A stretch of DNA of 63,527 bases, the filler included, from Octopus bimaculoides (Eukaryota): NCBI RefSeq assembly GCF_001194135.2. It is 6 parts of 5 records of this genome, joined end to end, with 100 filler letters (N's around TTAATTAATTAA, not from the genome) between each part and the next. Parts side by side here need not be neighbours in the genome. Positions count along the whole stretch, not along the records: positions 1 to 25,130 come from NC_069005.1; 5 more parts are not named here. One strand, given 5' to 3'. This document shows, one piece after another, positions 10,596 through 22,130 of this stretch; positions within the stretch are counted from its first letter, which is position 1, and each line of letters begins with the position of its first letter. Made by a program: the position numbers and the translations under genes. The notes under the pieces were generated by a model. That model saw only the letters and a list, made by a program, of their open reading frames with translations. It was not told the origin of the DNA and ran no database searches.

Positions 10596-12569
10596 AGTTG
10601 AATGTTGAATCAGGGCCTTTGTAGACCTTCTGATGTAAACAAGAAACTAATTATAAATAGTTGAATGTGATACAAGGATGCTGCTTGCTACTATTGAGTC
10701 GGATATGGGTATTAGTCACACAAAAACCAAGCCCGTACTCAACATAAATAAATCAAGTAATTTTAGGTAATTTTTAAAAATTATATTTTTTTGGTTATAC
10801 AATAACGTGCATGAATAAAAATAAATGTTAAAATTTAATTTTCAGTACTGCATTTTTAACAAACTGTATAAGAGTTGGAGCAGGAGGCTGTGAAATATAT
10901 GTTCTTAAAGAAATGGTAGTCTGAAGAAGTTTGGGAAACACAGCTGTAAATAGATACCAGAGAATGTAATGGCTCACTGCTGTAAGCACTGACAAAAACT
11001 AAATTTTGGCTAACTTAAAATATTAAGTTTTCACTGTAGGCTTGGAGATCATCACAGAAGCAATAATAGTGCAGCCTTATTCTAAATTTTACTATCACCA
11101 TTCTAGAGAGGATTCAGAGATTAATGAACCAGTTCATTATAATTTCATTCACATCAAGGATGCAAGAGAAGGTGGGGGAAAAAGTGCAGGAGTCTGAATG
11201 AATTGAAAATAGTTAACATGATATAAAAGACAAATAAATGCAGAGATAAGTCATGTGCATATCTTTATGCTTTATCTTATACTTATTTCATTCATTAGAC
11301 TGTGGCCTTGCTGGGGCACTGCCTTCAAGGGCTTTTAGTTGAACAAATTGACTCCAGGGTTTATTTTTTTACTTTTTAAACCTAGTACATATTCCATCAA
11401 TGGCTTTCATTAGGGGTGGTCCACATAACCATTTATGATACAGAGGCTGGGAGCCTATTTCAGTTCTGGAGTAAATTGTCATCACATGTCACTTCGTCAC
11501 AAACACATGTCATATAACTGCAATAGAATGCTGTATCACCAACAATAATGTGATTTCTCTAAGACATCACCCAGTAATCTATCAAGTCCACTTACCCATT
11601 TCTCAATACATACTGCTGTTATGACGTCCCTCCCTCATTTTATGCTTCCATCATAGACGGGTAGATTTGCTAGTGTGTTCAATTGGCAAGAATATGACCA
11701 TCCCCAAATATAACAATACATACATATATATATGTATGTTGGTGTCACGTAAAAGGTACTTGTAGCAGTTCCACTTAAAAATGCCCTTGCAGTGTCACTT
11801 AAAAAAATTCCCATGCAGTGTCACGTCAAAGCACCTGCGTAATGCCACATAAAACCACCCGTGTGGTGCCAATTAAAAGCACACTCTGTAAAGTGGTTGG
11901 TGTTAGGAAGGGCATCCAGTCACAAAATCCATGCCAAAACCAGACTGGAGCCTGGTGCAGCTCTCCAGCTTGCCAGGTCTGGTCAAACTGTCCAACCCAT
12001 GCCAGCATGGATTACTAAATTTCTATTTTGCTTATTTTGATTAGAATACATTCTGGTATTAGCCTATAGTTACTCACATACAGGAAAAAAAACATGAGTT
12101 AGAATGAAGAACAGTTCTCTTATAAGTAACAAATTGACATAGAAAGAATCAAAAATGAAATAAGTATACATACATAAATAAATATATATACTTACACACA
12201 CACACACACACATGTATGGGTGCATAAAACTATACAGGCATCAATATGTAAACAAATAGCTCACTATATATATATTTGTCTTGTAGAATGCAAACATTCC
12301 AAAATTTTTGCCTATACATTACATTTAATTCAACTTTCCACACTCATGCAATGACAGCTGTTACTGTAGAGTCATATGAATTACAATAAACATCATATTA
12401 CATAGTAAAAAAAAATCCTATGGAAACAGAAACAAGCATTGTCACTATAAGTTTTGTATGAACTCATGCACTAGCAGTTGAGCTATACATTTGTATTTTT
12501 GTAACATTTAGTTCCAACAAAAGATGGTTCCAACAAAGTATGGTGTATGCTATTAAATTATCTTTTATC

Positions 12570-13225
12570 TTTTACATGTTTCAGTTATTAGACTGTGGCC
12601 ATGTTAGGGTACTGCGTTGAAGAACTTTTAGTTGAATCAATCAACCTCAGTATATTTCTTTTTAAGCCTGATACTTATGTTATTGATCTCGTTTGCCAAA
12701 CTGCTAAGTTACAGGAATGTAAACACACCATCACTAGTTATCAAGTGGTAAAAAAATAATAAATAAATGCACCCTTTTAAAGCCTAGCCAGGCTCAAGGG
12801 CCCAGTTTCCCGGTTTCTATGGCGTATGTGTTTACCAGCTGGACGGGACGCCAGTCCATCGCAGCGTTACTCATTTTTGCCAGCTGAGTGAACTGGAGCA
12901 ACGTGAAATGAAGTGTTTTGCTCAAGAACACAATGCATCGCCCGGTCCAGGAATCGAAACCACAATCTTACGATCATGGTGCTGACACCCTAACCACTAA
13001 GCCACGCGCCTCCACAGTTATCAAAGTGGTGATGAAGAACAAACACATACACAAAGATACACACACAGACACACACATGATGGGCTTCTTTCAGTTTCCA
13101 CTCACAGGGCTTTGGTTGGCCCAAGGCTGTAGTAAAAGACACTTGCCCAAGGTGCCATACAGTGGGACCGAACCCAGAACCAAATGGTTGGGAAGCAAGC
13201 TTCTTATCACACAGCCACGCCTACA
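12570..13225 (-). mobile_element. SINE A/B interrupted by SINE E
   Basis: Tail at 12570-12749, continuation at 13016-13075, head at 13080-13225. Confidence 0.75.
12750..13014 (-). mobile_element. Full-length SINE family E with TSD
   Basis: Head GGAGGCGCGTGGCTTAGTGGTTAGGG..GGTTTCGATTCC; (TTTA)n tail; TSD AGTTATCAA(A)GTGGT at 12736-12749 and 13016-13030. Confidence 0.9.
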
Positions 13226-13399
13226 AATGTAAATATATTACAGTAACAATCCCTACCCTTTCCACTGTGATAATCATAATGTCTACTCTTTTACGCTCTC
13301 CACATTTCCTCCTCCAATACTTCCTCTCCTAATAGGGTCCACTCTGTAACTCTCTCCACTACCATCTCCACCTTACTTTACTTTCCCTCATCACCCTTA

Positions 13400-13630
13400 T
13401 TTCTTTATTGCCCACAAGGGGCTAAACATAGAGGGGACAAACAAGGACAGACAAAGGGATTGAGTCGATTACATCGACCCCAGTGCATTACTGGTACTTA
13501 ATTTATCGACCCCGAAAGGATGAAAGGCAAAGTCGACCTCGGCGGAATTTGAACTCAGAACGTAACGACAGACAAAATACCAATAAGCATTTCGCCCGGC
13601 GTGCTAACGTTTCTGCCAGCTCGCCGCCCT
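13400..13630 (-). mobile_element. SINE family C with a variant 3' end
   Basis: Near-consensus head GGCGGCGAGCTGGCAGAAACGTTAGCACGCCGGGCG on the minus strand. Confidence 0.85.
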
Positions 13631-14619
13631 AACTAGAATTATTGTACCCTCTTTCTTTTATTCTCCCTCAGTTTATAGGGACCATTTTAGGCTTTTAGTC
13701 TTGAAAAGTTGCAAGGTAATCTCACTAGTGCTGGTGCCATGGAAAAAAAAAAGGGTACCAAGTATGCCCTTTAAAGTGGATGACATTAGTAATGGCAACC
13801 AGAAATATAAACTGTACCTAAGGAGACATCAATAGATGATGCAGGCCTCCGATTTGTCAGAGCCTGCTGAACCATCCAACCCATGTCAGCATGGAAAAGA
13901 GACATTAAATGATGACAATGACATCGACGAAAATGACGATCATCATCATCACCACCATCATCATCATCCTCTTCCTCTGCCTCTCCTCCTCCTCCTCCTC
14001 ATCATCATCGTTGTTGTCGTTGTTTTCATCATCATCATCATTATCATCAACATCATCATCATCATCAAGTTTCTTGCATGAGCTATGGTTACAATATCTC
14101 TGCAGATAATGTAACATCGTAGATAATGTATTAAGAGTTAAAAAAATAGAGAAATCTGGAACTTATTAGCATGCACTCTTATGTAAGAATATATGAGTCA
14201 CCATGACAACTAGAAGTGAGTTCCATATCGTGAGAAAGCTAAGATGGAAATCTAACTTGAGAAACATTTTCTTCTTATGCAATGATATTCTTCTATATTT
14301 TGTGCTGGCATAAAGAAAAAAAACAAACAAAACACCACCCCTAAAAATAAAAAGAAAACAATCAAAAACAGGGTTACCAATTTTGATGATTTATGGAGAC
14401 GCGTTTCTGTTTATAAGTTACCAAAAACTACTGCCATCTTGACAGTATTATAGACCCCTGCGAAAAGAAATTCACTGGATCTCCTGCATCTGTCTTTTGA
14501 TAGTAAGCCACAGCATATATATGGATTAACAATGGCCCCTTGACCCTTGATGTCCCAAGGTAACTGCCCAGTGTATTTATGCTTTAAGAGAGTGTAGTAG
14601 GACAACACTGTGATTTAAA

Positions 14620-15300
14620 TACGTGTCTTGTTTGTAAGTAAGAACTAGAATTTTGTCAGAGTAATGACATCAGCAAATAGCTAACCAATAAAATTCCATG
14701 TAAACATCTGGATTTTCAAGTGATGACATCACCACAGATCTGTCCAATCAGATTTGTTCTGTAGCATATAAAAAGAGACCACATTTACAGAGGCAGACAT
14801 TTGTTGTTGTTGTTGTTGTTGGCACTCCGTCGCTTACGACGTCGAGGGTTCCAGTCGATCCGATCAATGGAACAGCCTGCTCGTGAAATTAACGTGCAAG
14901 TGGCTGAGCACTCCACAGACACGTGTGCCCTTAACGTAGTTCTTGGGGATATTCAGCGTGACACAGACTGTGACAAGGCTGACCCTTTGAATTAGAGGCA
15001 TAACAGAAACAGGAAGTAAGAGTGAGAGAAAGTTGTGGTGGAAGAGTACAGCAGGGTTCGCCACCATCCCCTGCCGGAGCCTCGTGGAGCTTTAGGTATT
15101 TTCGCTCAATAAACACTCACAAAGCCTGGTCTGGGAATCGAAACTGTGATCCTATGACCGCGAGTCCGCTGCCCTAACCACTGGGCTATCGTGCCTCCAC
15201 AGAGGCAGACATATAGTGTAATAAAGAAGAGTAAACGGCAATTGCTCAGTCACTAACAGAGAGAAACAAGCATCTGATAGACAAGTGAGAATAGAGAACG
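14620..15300 (+). promoter_or_regulatory. LTR-like promoter/polyadenylation block split by SINE D
   Basis: TGACATCA at 14665 and 14724, CCAAT at 14685 and 14744, TATAAAAA at 14767. AATAAA at 15220 lies about 35 nt from the TATA box once the SINE is removed. Confidence 0.45.
14801..15198 (-). mobile_element. Full-length SINE family D with 14-bp TSD
   Basis: TSD ACAGAGGCAGACAT at 14787-14800 and 15199-15212; high identity to 8362-8749. Confidence 0.92.
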
Positions 15301-16116
15301 GTAGGCTGCCATGCATTCACCTCAGGTATTATTCAATATCAGCTGATGTGGACAGCCAAACCCACCAAATATGAAGAGGTTATAATATGAATAACTTAGC
15401 TCCTACAAGCAAAACGGCCATGCTATGACTACTAATGCTTGCATTCGTTCATGCATTCCTTCTTTATCTTTCCTTATCACTATATCTTTCTCCATCATGT
15501 GCACAAAATCACAGAAACTGTCCAAGCAAATCATTTCTATGGATAGAGCTTACCGAAGTTAATCTGTTGTCTTTTTTTTTTTCTCACTTTGGACTATGAC
15601 GGCCAGTATAAGTTTTTAACAATAGACAGATGATGAATTAAAAATAAACTACACACACACGCACACATAAAGAAAAACACTCAGTCTGCTGGGTGGATGA
15701 TTGGTGTTAGGAAGGACATCCAGCTGTAAAAACCCTGACAAAACAGACACAGAAGCCCTAGTGCAGGCTTCTGCTTGGCTGGCTCCAGTCAAATCACCCC
15801 ACCCATGCCAGCATGGAAGGTGGATGTTAAACGATGATGCCAATAATGATATATATGCGTGTATTAATCACATCTAACAGATTTTACATCCCTCTCCTCG
15901 AAGGATGCTATGACAACAGCTAGGGATCCCTTGTTCCTAGGGATTTATGCTAATTAACCTATAGCTGGGGCCCTGACAGATGCTACTTTTCTGTGTAAGA
16001 GTAAAATTACCCAGAGTAGTAGTGGTAACTGTAGTGGTTCCACACTCCTCAAAAACCTGGAAATTCCAAACCAGGTCCCAAATGCTGGATGCATCCTAAT
16101 GTCATGCCCAGAATAT

Positions 16117-16300
16117 ATCAGGTCTCAGTTGCACAAAATCTCCTTGATTGTGTCAAGAATGATGAAATCTTTTTGAAAACTTTGCGTAGGCCTCTGAGCA
16201 GTTATTACCAAGCTTTTGGCAAAATTTGATGCAGATTCTCTGCTCAACTTTCTCTGTCATGGTCAATGCAATGAACACACGCTACACACATTGTTTCCAA
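16117..16300 (-). mobile_element. Mariner-derived non-autonomous fragment
   Basis: Minus strand from ATG at 16260 reads MTEKVEQRICIKFCQKLGNNCSEAYAK, a typical mariner transposase N-terminus. Confidence 0.75.
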
Positions 16301-16670
16301 GCAATGCCGTAAACAGCGGAAGTGAACTAAAACATTATAACTTAGGGAACATACGCAGCAGAGTTCAATTTGTGCCAAGCAGCTTCATTCAGCATGCTTT
16401 AGCTTTGTTACCATGGCAGCAGTCTGGATACTTATTGATCAGACCACACACACACACATACACCTGTATAATATATATATCTTACTTGGGGTTTAAAAAT
16501 CTTATCCCTATAACTAAAACACAAACAATCTCTCAAATGTCATCATTTCTAAAAATAAACTTGGCATCATTTCTAAAAATAGCCAAACACCTACTGCTGC
16601 TGTCCAAAGGAATAGGTATAAAAGACAAAAACACAGCCAGTCTGTTACAGTCTGTTAAAGTCTGTCAGAT

Positions 16671-16710
16671 GAGGCCTGATGAATGCCAATAGGCATGAAA
16701 GTACCCACCT
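16671..16710 (+). ncRNA. Type-I hammerhead ribozyme-like motif (degenerate cleavage site)
   Basis: CTGATGA (16676-16682), perfect stem II ATGCC-AATA-GGCAT, GAAA (16697-16700), then GTAC-C-C where A-GTAC-T-H is expected; partial stem I GAGG/CCTT. Confidence 0.6.
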
Positions 16711-16940
16711 TTATATATTTGATTTTCTTTAAGACATTTAACACTTCATTTCATTTTTCATNNNNNNNNNNAAGCAAATGCTTGCTGATCTCTTAATTAT
16801 GTTTATAAATGTATAGGAACTTTTAAATAAGTTCTCCACAGATAATGGTGTTTACATACCGAAGGGCTTGGTAAAAATTATTAATTGTTGATTTATTAAT
16901 AAATTAATAAATTGATAAACCTTTACCCTTTTAATTTGTA

Positions 16941-16978
<38 letters not shown>

Positions 16979-17621
16979 ATAGTGTAATGTGTGTGTGTGT
17001 GTTACTGTCTCCTTGCCTTGACTTTACAAGATAATTGTACATGAGTGACTCTGTCATGCAAGCATCATTTTTCGTTTGAAATCGTCCCTGAAAACATATC
17101 TGGTTAATTTCCTTACTCAGAAACAGGTGAGGATTGGCAACAGGTAGAGCATCCAGCCATAAAAATCCACCTCTACAAAATCCATCCGACCCATGCAAGC
17201 ATTGAAGAGTAGACATTACAGTGATGATGATAATGATGAAGGTACAAGCTTCCATGCAATACTCAACCACTTACACTAAAATTCAATGAACAGATAGTTC
17301 AGCTGATCAAACAGCTGGAACAATCAGCATTGAAACCCACAAGAAAAAATCCATTTTAAAGACACACTGACAGCAGGACAATAATGTGTTACAGATAAAA
17401 AATATCACAAGGAATGTTAGTAAATTCAAACCACACCTCACTTTGTCTGATTGTTAAAGAAGGTTGTTTTAATAAAAACATTTTATAACTGATGGACAGC
17501 TTCTGCAGCAGATAAATTTGTTTTTCATTGATTTTAATTTTAAGAAATGCTTGACTTTAAATAGAAATAGTATATATTTGTATGTATGCAGTATATTAAT
17601 TGTAGATGATGGTATAATGAA

Positions 17622-17657
<36 letters not shown>

Positions 17658-17678
17658 CGCGCNNNNNNNNNNAATGAA

Positions 17679-17714
<36 letters not shown>

Positions 17715-17947
17715 CGCGCGCGTGCGCATGCATATGTTTGTTTACCTTTTGAGCTCTATAAAATTTACTTGCTGTGAGTGGTGTTGTTGTAGTCGTTTCT
17801 CCTGTCAAAAGACTACCTACTTGCTTCATGCCTTCAAAGACATGTGGAGTAAGAAATCATTTATTTGAGAAACGGGTCAAAGTTAGTGTCGGGGAAGAGC
17901 ATTTGGGTGTAAAACAACATATGTCTCAATAATATATTCACCTCACC

Positions 17948-19047
17948 CAATGGTTCTCAACCATTTTGTTTTTCAGCCACACATCCCTTTGGTTACTATT
18001 TTATTTTGTTGAACCCCAGCAACCATTCAGTGCTTAAAAACTAATTTTATAGACACTTCTTTCAAAACAACAACTTTGTTCATCACACAAACACTTGTGC
18101 AGGTTAAACTATGTATAATGTTAGAGAAAGAAACCTAGCTGTTTTTTGCAATAAATACATCTCCAGTAAAAATATTTTTTAATGACCCTTAGAATAACAC
18201 AGTAGACCCAAATTATCATTTTGCTTATGTGGATTGTCAAAAAATTTTATTTGTCCCCTCCTCCAAGGGTCATAGCTCAGTGGTTAGAGCGCATGGCTCA
18301 GTGGCTAGAGTGCATGGCTCAGTGGTTAGAGCGTTAGTCTCACAATCATGAGGCAGTGAGTTCGATTTCTGGACCAACTTGTGTGTTGTGTTCTTGAATA
18401 AGACACTTTTTTTTCATGTTGCTCCAGTTCACCCAGCAGTAGAAGTGAGTTGCGATGTCACTGGTGCCAAGTTGTATCAGCCCCTTTGCCTTTCCCTTGG
18501 ATGACATCAGTGGCGTGGAGAGGGAAGGCTGGTATGCATGGCCAACTGCTGATCTTCCACAAACAACCTTACCTAGACTTGTGCCTTGGAGGTGCAATCC
18601 CCTGGTCATTTGTGACTGAAGGGAGTCTCCGGTTAGAGCATCAAGCTCACAGTCATGAGGTAATGAGTTCGATTCTTGGACCAGGCTGTGTGTTGTGTTC
18701 TTGAGCAAGACACTTTATTTCACATTGCTCCAGTTCACTCAGCTGTAGAAATGAGTTGCGACGTCACTGGTGCCAAGCTGTATCGGCCCCTTTGCCTTTC
18801 CTTTGGATGACATCAGTGGTGTGGAGAGGGAAGGCTGGCATGCATGGGCGACTGCTGGTCTTCCACAAACAACCTTACCCAGACTTATGCCTCGGAGGGT
18901 AACTTTCTAGGGGCAATCAATCNNNNNNNNNNTATGCCTCGGAGGGTAACTTTCTCGGGGCAATCAATCCCATGTTCATTCATGACTGAAAGGGGCTTTT
19001 AGCTTTTTTTACTCAAGAGTTATATGGGCCCCAGTTGAGAAGCAATG
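17948..19047. mobile_element. hAT-type MITE interrupted by family G SINEs
   Basis: Ends CAATGGTTCTCAACC (17948) and GTTGAGAAGCAATG (about 19034-19047) resemble Charlie-type TIRs; the 8-bp TSD is not conserved. Confidence 0.55.
18271..18990 (+). mobile_element. Tandem pair of tRNA-derived SINEs (family G) with a triplicated A-box
   Basis: Three 21-nt units CAT(A/G)GCTCAGTGG(T/C)TAGAG(C/T)G at 18271, 18292 and 18313; two near-identical bodies at about 18313-18625 and 18630-18920; a minus-strand fragment at about 37690-37880. Confidence 0.85.
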
Positions 19048-19766
19048 CTCTAACAAATGCTAACATGAAAAAATTAACTTAACCTTTTTGTTACCATATT
19101 TCTGTTGAGATATTCTGTTTCTTTCAATTAATTTTAAATATAACAAAGAATTTAGTAAAATAACTTAGTTATCATTAAGCTAGCGTTAGGAATACAAATT
19201 GTGATTAAAGTTTGGTGGAAGATTTTAATTCAGAACTTTTGGAAACAAGACATTTGTACTACAGAGCAGAGGCAGCTTCAGGCGGATTGGTATCAAAAGG
19301 GTCAAACAAACAAATGAATATATGTATATATGTGTATGCACATTTGTATGTGTGTTTGTATTTGTGTGTATGTGTGCTTGTTCATACGTTACAGATGCAT
19401 TATTTCTATTTTCAGTTTTATGCATTATTCATAAAATTAGTTTATTGTAATTTGATAACACATGTTACTTCTACTCGTATTGAAAAACAATGCACAAGTT
19501 CATTTTCTAATGTTAAGTTGCTGACTCTCACACACACACACACACATATGTGAAACAGTATAAACCAAACATCTCAATGACAACTATGATCTTGGAAAGT
19601 AGAATGAGTCAAGCAACAGTAGCACTTCTCCCATGAGACAACAAATGCTTGATTTGCAATTGAACTTGTAGATCTTGCATTGGCCCACAATGACTGAACC
19701 AAGCAAAAGATTAAAAATATACAGAAATACAGATATATACGTACATACATATGTACGTATGTATGT

Positions 19767-20686
19767 CATTTAGTTTATTTTAAGATTTCTTGCCAATAGA
19801 GAAAGAGCTGGTTTCTAAGCTAAATCCAAGGCTCCTTCATTGGAATTTCAACATCAACAACAGGGTTTGTTTGTATGTATGTAAGTATGTATGCATGCAT
19901 GTATGTGCAGATTTGTATGTTTTATGTATGTATTCCCATGCATATATTTGCATATCTAGACATGCTCATTTATATTTAAATGATAAACTTCAGGAAAGTT
20001 TTACAGATTTTTACAGCTCCAGTGATAGATTGAATCTGTAGTCTTCGAATTTGCTTTCTTCTTTCTGGTTTTGAGAAGCCTAATTTCTTAAGATTGGTAT
20101 TTAGGCAGTGTGTTACATATCCCAGGGCCTCAATAATTACAGGTATAAACCTGAACTTGTAATCTGGATAGAGTAACTGCAGATTTCTCAATAGTTCAGC
20201 ATAGGTGTTCTCTTTTCCACTGATCTCCAGCTTTATGTTAACATCCGCTGGACAGATAATTTCCACAACTGTGCACAGTTTCTCTTCTCTATCCCAAATC
20301 ATTATATCAAGTCTGTTGTGCTTACATTTTATTGAGGTCTTCACTGGGACATTCCACCAGTATTCCTTTTTATTATGAGTAGCTATGGCTTCTACCATAT
20401 TGTGGGTTCTTATTTCTTTGTCCTCGAGATTATCTTTCTAACAGATTTCATTATAGAGTGTCCTAGCTACAGCATCATGTCTCATCGGCAGATAATACCG
20501 TGATGACATTTTCGGACAACTGCTTATGATGTGGGTGATATCTTCAGTGTGAACTCCACCAATTCTGCATCGGTTATCACACTTTACAGCCTTACTTGCA
20601 TCTCTATCCCTTTTGTGCATCAGGTACTTGGTTGATATTTCCTCTTCCTGGATTGCAAACACATACCCTTCAAAGTGGAAGGTAAT
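19767..20686 (-). mobile_element. 5'-truncated R2-superfamily (R4/Dong-group) non-LTR retrotransposon, restriction-like endonuclease region
   Basis: FAIQEEEI..CDNRCRIGGVHTEDITHIISSC (CCHC knuckle, one Cys lost), RHDAVA, KHNRLDIMIWD..VVEIICP, PVIIEALG, FLKFII*; about 200-bp 3' UTR; (TATG)n-type repeats flank both ends. Confidence 0.88.
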
Positions 20687-20899
20687 GCATGTATGTATGA
20701 ATGTATGTGTGTATATATATCTTTACATGGAGTATGGCTCTGACAACTGGGATGGTGCTACTGCTGTTACACAGACATCCGTGGTATGGGGGAAAAAAGG
20801 TATAATTTACCCCTTCTCATAATATCAATCCTTCCCAGGGGGATATATCCATCGGAGCCCTATCCAGCTAATTTCTGGCCAGAACCTAACAACAAATTC

Positions 20900-21450
20900 C
20901 CTGAATTCCCATGGCCACCATATTCATCCTGAGTTATGGCCCCAAGGCAAAAGAAGCCTCTTTCTCCACTCACATGAACTCATTCTTCTACTCACATGAA
21001 CTTTCTTGCTCTCTTCGCTCCGACAAGACCCCTCAGCCGTTTGTGTTATACTTCTGGCCTACCTCAGCCCCACAACATCCTATATCACATCCAGAAAAGG
21101 ACCATTTGACTGGCTTATATAAAGTCATTCACAGATACACTCCAGTCTTTGATCCACAAGAGTATTGTCTTCTCTGCCTTTTCTACAGCGACCCTAATGC
21201 CCTCTGCTCCTCAGAGCCAGCTGGGCTCATGAGGCAGATACCACCTCCACTCAGGCACTCCACACCCACTCATCTTTCCTCCTGTTATTGCTCTTTTAAG
21301 TACATCTCATATCCTAGGCTCCACTCTAATCTCTTCACTCAGTGCTTCCTTTCCAGAACATCTGCCTTCTGACATTCATTTCCTGCCTATGTCTTTTCTG
21401 TGAGTCTTGATATACAAAGATTCAAAAGAAACATCCAAGGCATCAGTCTC
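20900..21450 (+). mobile_element. Decayed CR1/Jockey-group LINE 3' coding end
   Basis: CLLCLFY..LCSSEPAGLM..FLSRTSAF*HSFPAYVF..LDIQRFKRNI resembles the C-terminus of these LINE ORF2s. Confidence 0.6.
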
Positions 21451-21757
21451 ACCTGTCTTGGAATATGTGAGGTGGGATGCTGCAAAGGCCACAGGTACTG
21501 CAGTTTCATCCAGACTTGGTATCTTTTATCGTTTACTTGTTTCAGTCATTGGACAGTGGCCATACTGGGGCACTGCCCTGAAGGGCTTAGTTGAACAAAT
21601 CAACTCCAGTACTTATTATTTTTTAAAATGTAGTACTTATTCTATAAATCTCTTTTACTGAACCACTAAGTAACAGGGATGTAAACAAACCAACACCAGA
21701 AGTCAAATGGTCTTGGGGGACAGACAACACAAAGACATACATACATACATACATACA

Positions 21758-22130
21758 TTGGTTGGCACTCCGTCGGTTACGACGACGAGGGTTCCAGTTG
21801 ATCTGATCAACGGAACAGCCTGCTCGTGAAATTAACGTGCAAGTGGCTGAGCACTCCACAGACACATGTACCCTTAGCGTAGTTCTCGAGGAGATTCAGT
21901 GTGACAAGGCTGGCCCTTTGAATTACAGGCACAACAGAAACAGGAAGAAAGAATGAGAGAAAGTTGTGGTGAAAGAGTACAATAGAGTTCGCCACCATCC
22001 CCTGCCAGAGCCTTGTGGAACTTTAGGTGTATTCGCTCAATATACACTCACAACGCCCGGTCTGGGAATCAAAACCACAATCTTACGACCACGAGCCCTC
22101 TGCCCTAACCACTGGGCCATTGCGCCTCCA
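21758..22130 (-). mobile_element. SINE family D inserted in a (CATA)n tract
   Basis: Collinear with 8362-8749; (CATA)n on both sides. Confidence 0.88.

Larger units (their letters stand above)
6016..10945 (+). pseudogene. Fossil hAT (Charlie/Buster-type) transposase fragmented by nested insertions
   Basis: Collinear decayed motifs: NESMKSSRLEEHLK, KPHIGE*LI, KIPLCNNT, QLDELTL (6016-6563); EEKIAQKLLFARNLQT (about 6765-6875); IIPLTNI (about 7830-7912); APLMIGCH (about 8325-8361); HCEIH.QHLVA and FHTEAFWVSKGCL (8763-9055); FWL..YPEIKKFLIMSPSS (about 9975-10400); C-terminus at about 10615-10750; TIR-like AAGTTTGGGAAACACAG at about 10927-10945. Confidence 0.85.

Noticed and set aside
17634-17727. 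Duplicated ATGAATGTGTG..(GC)n block (and the duplicate SINE tail at about 18885-18970)
   Set aside because: Each duplicate flanks a 10-N gap, the signature of overlapping contig ends rather than a real duplication.
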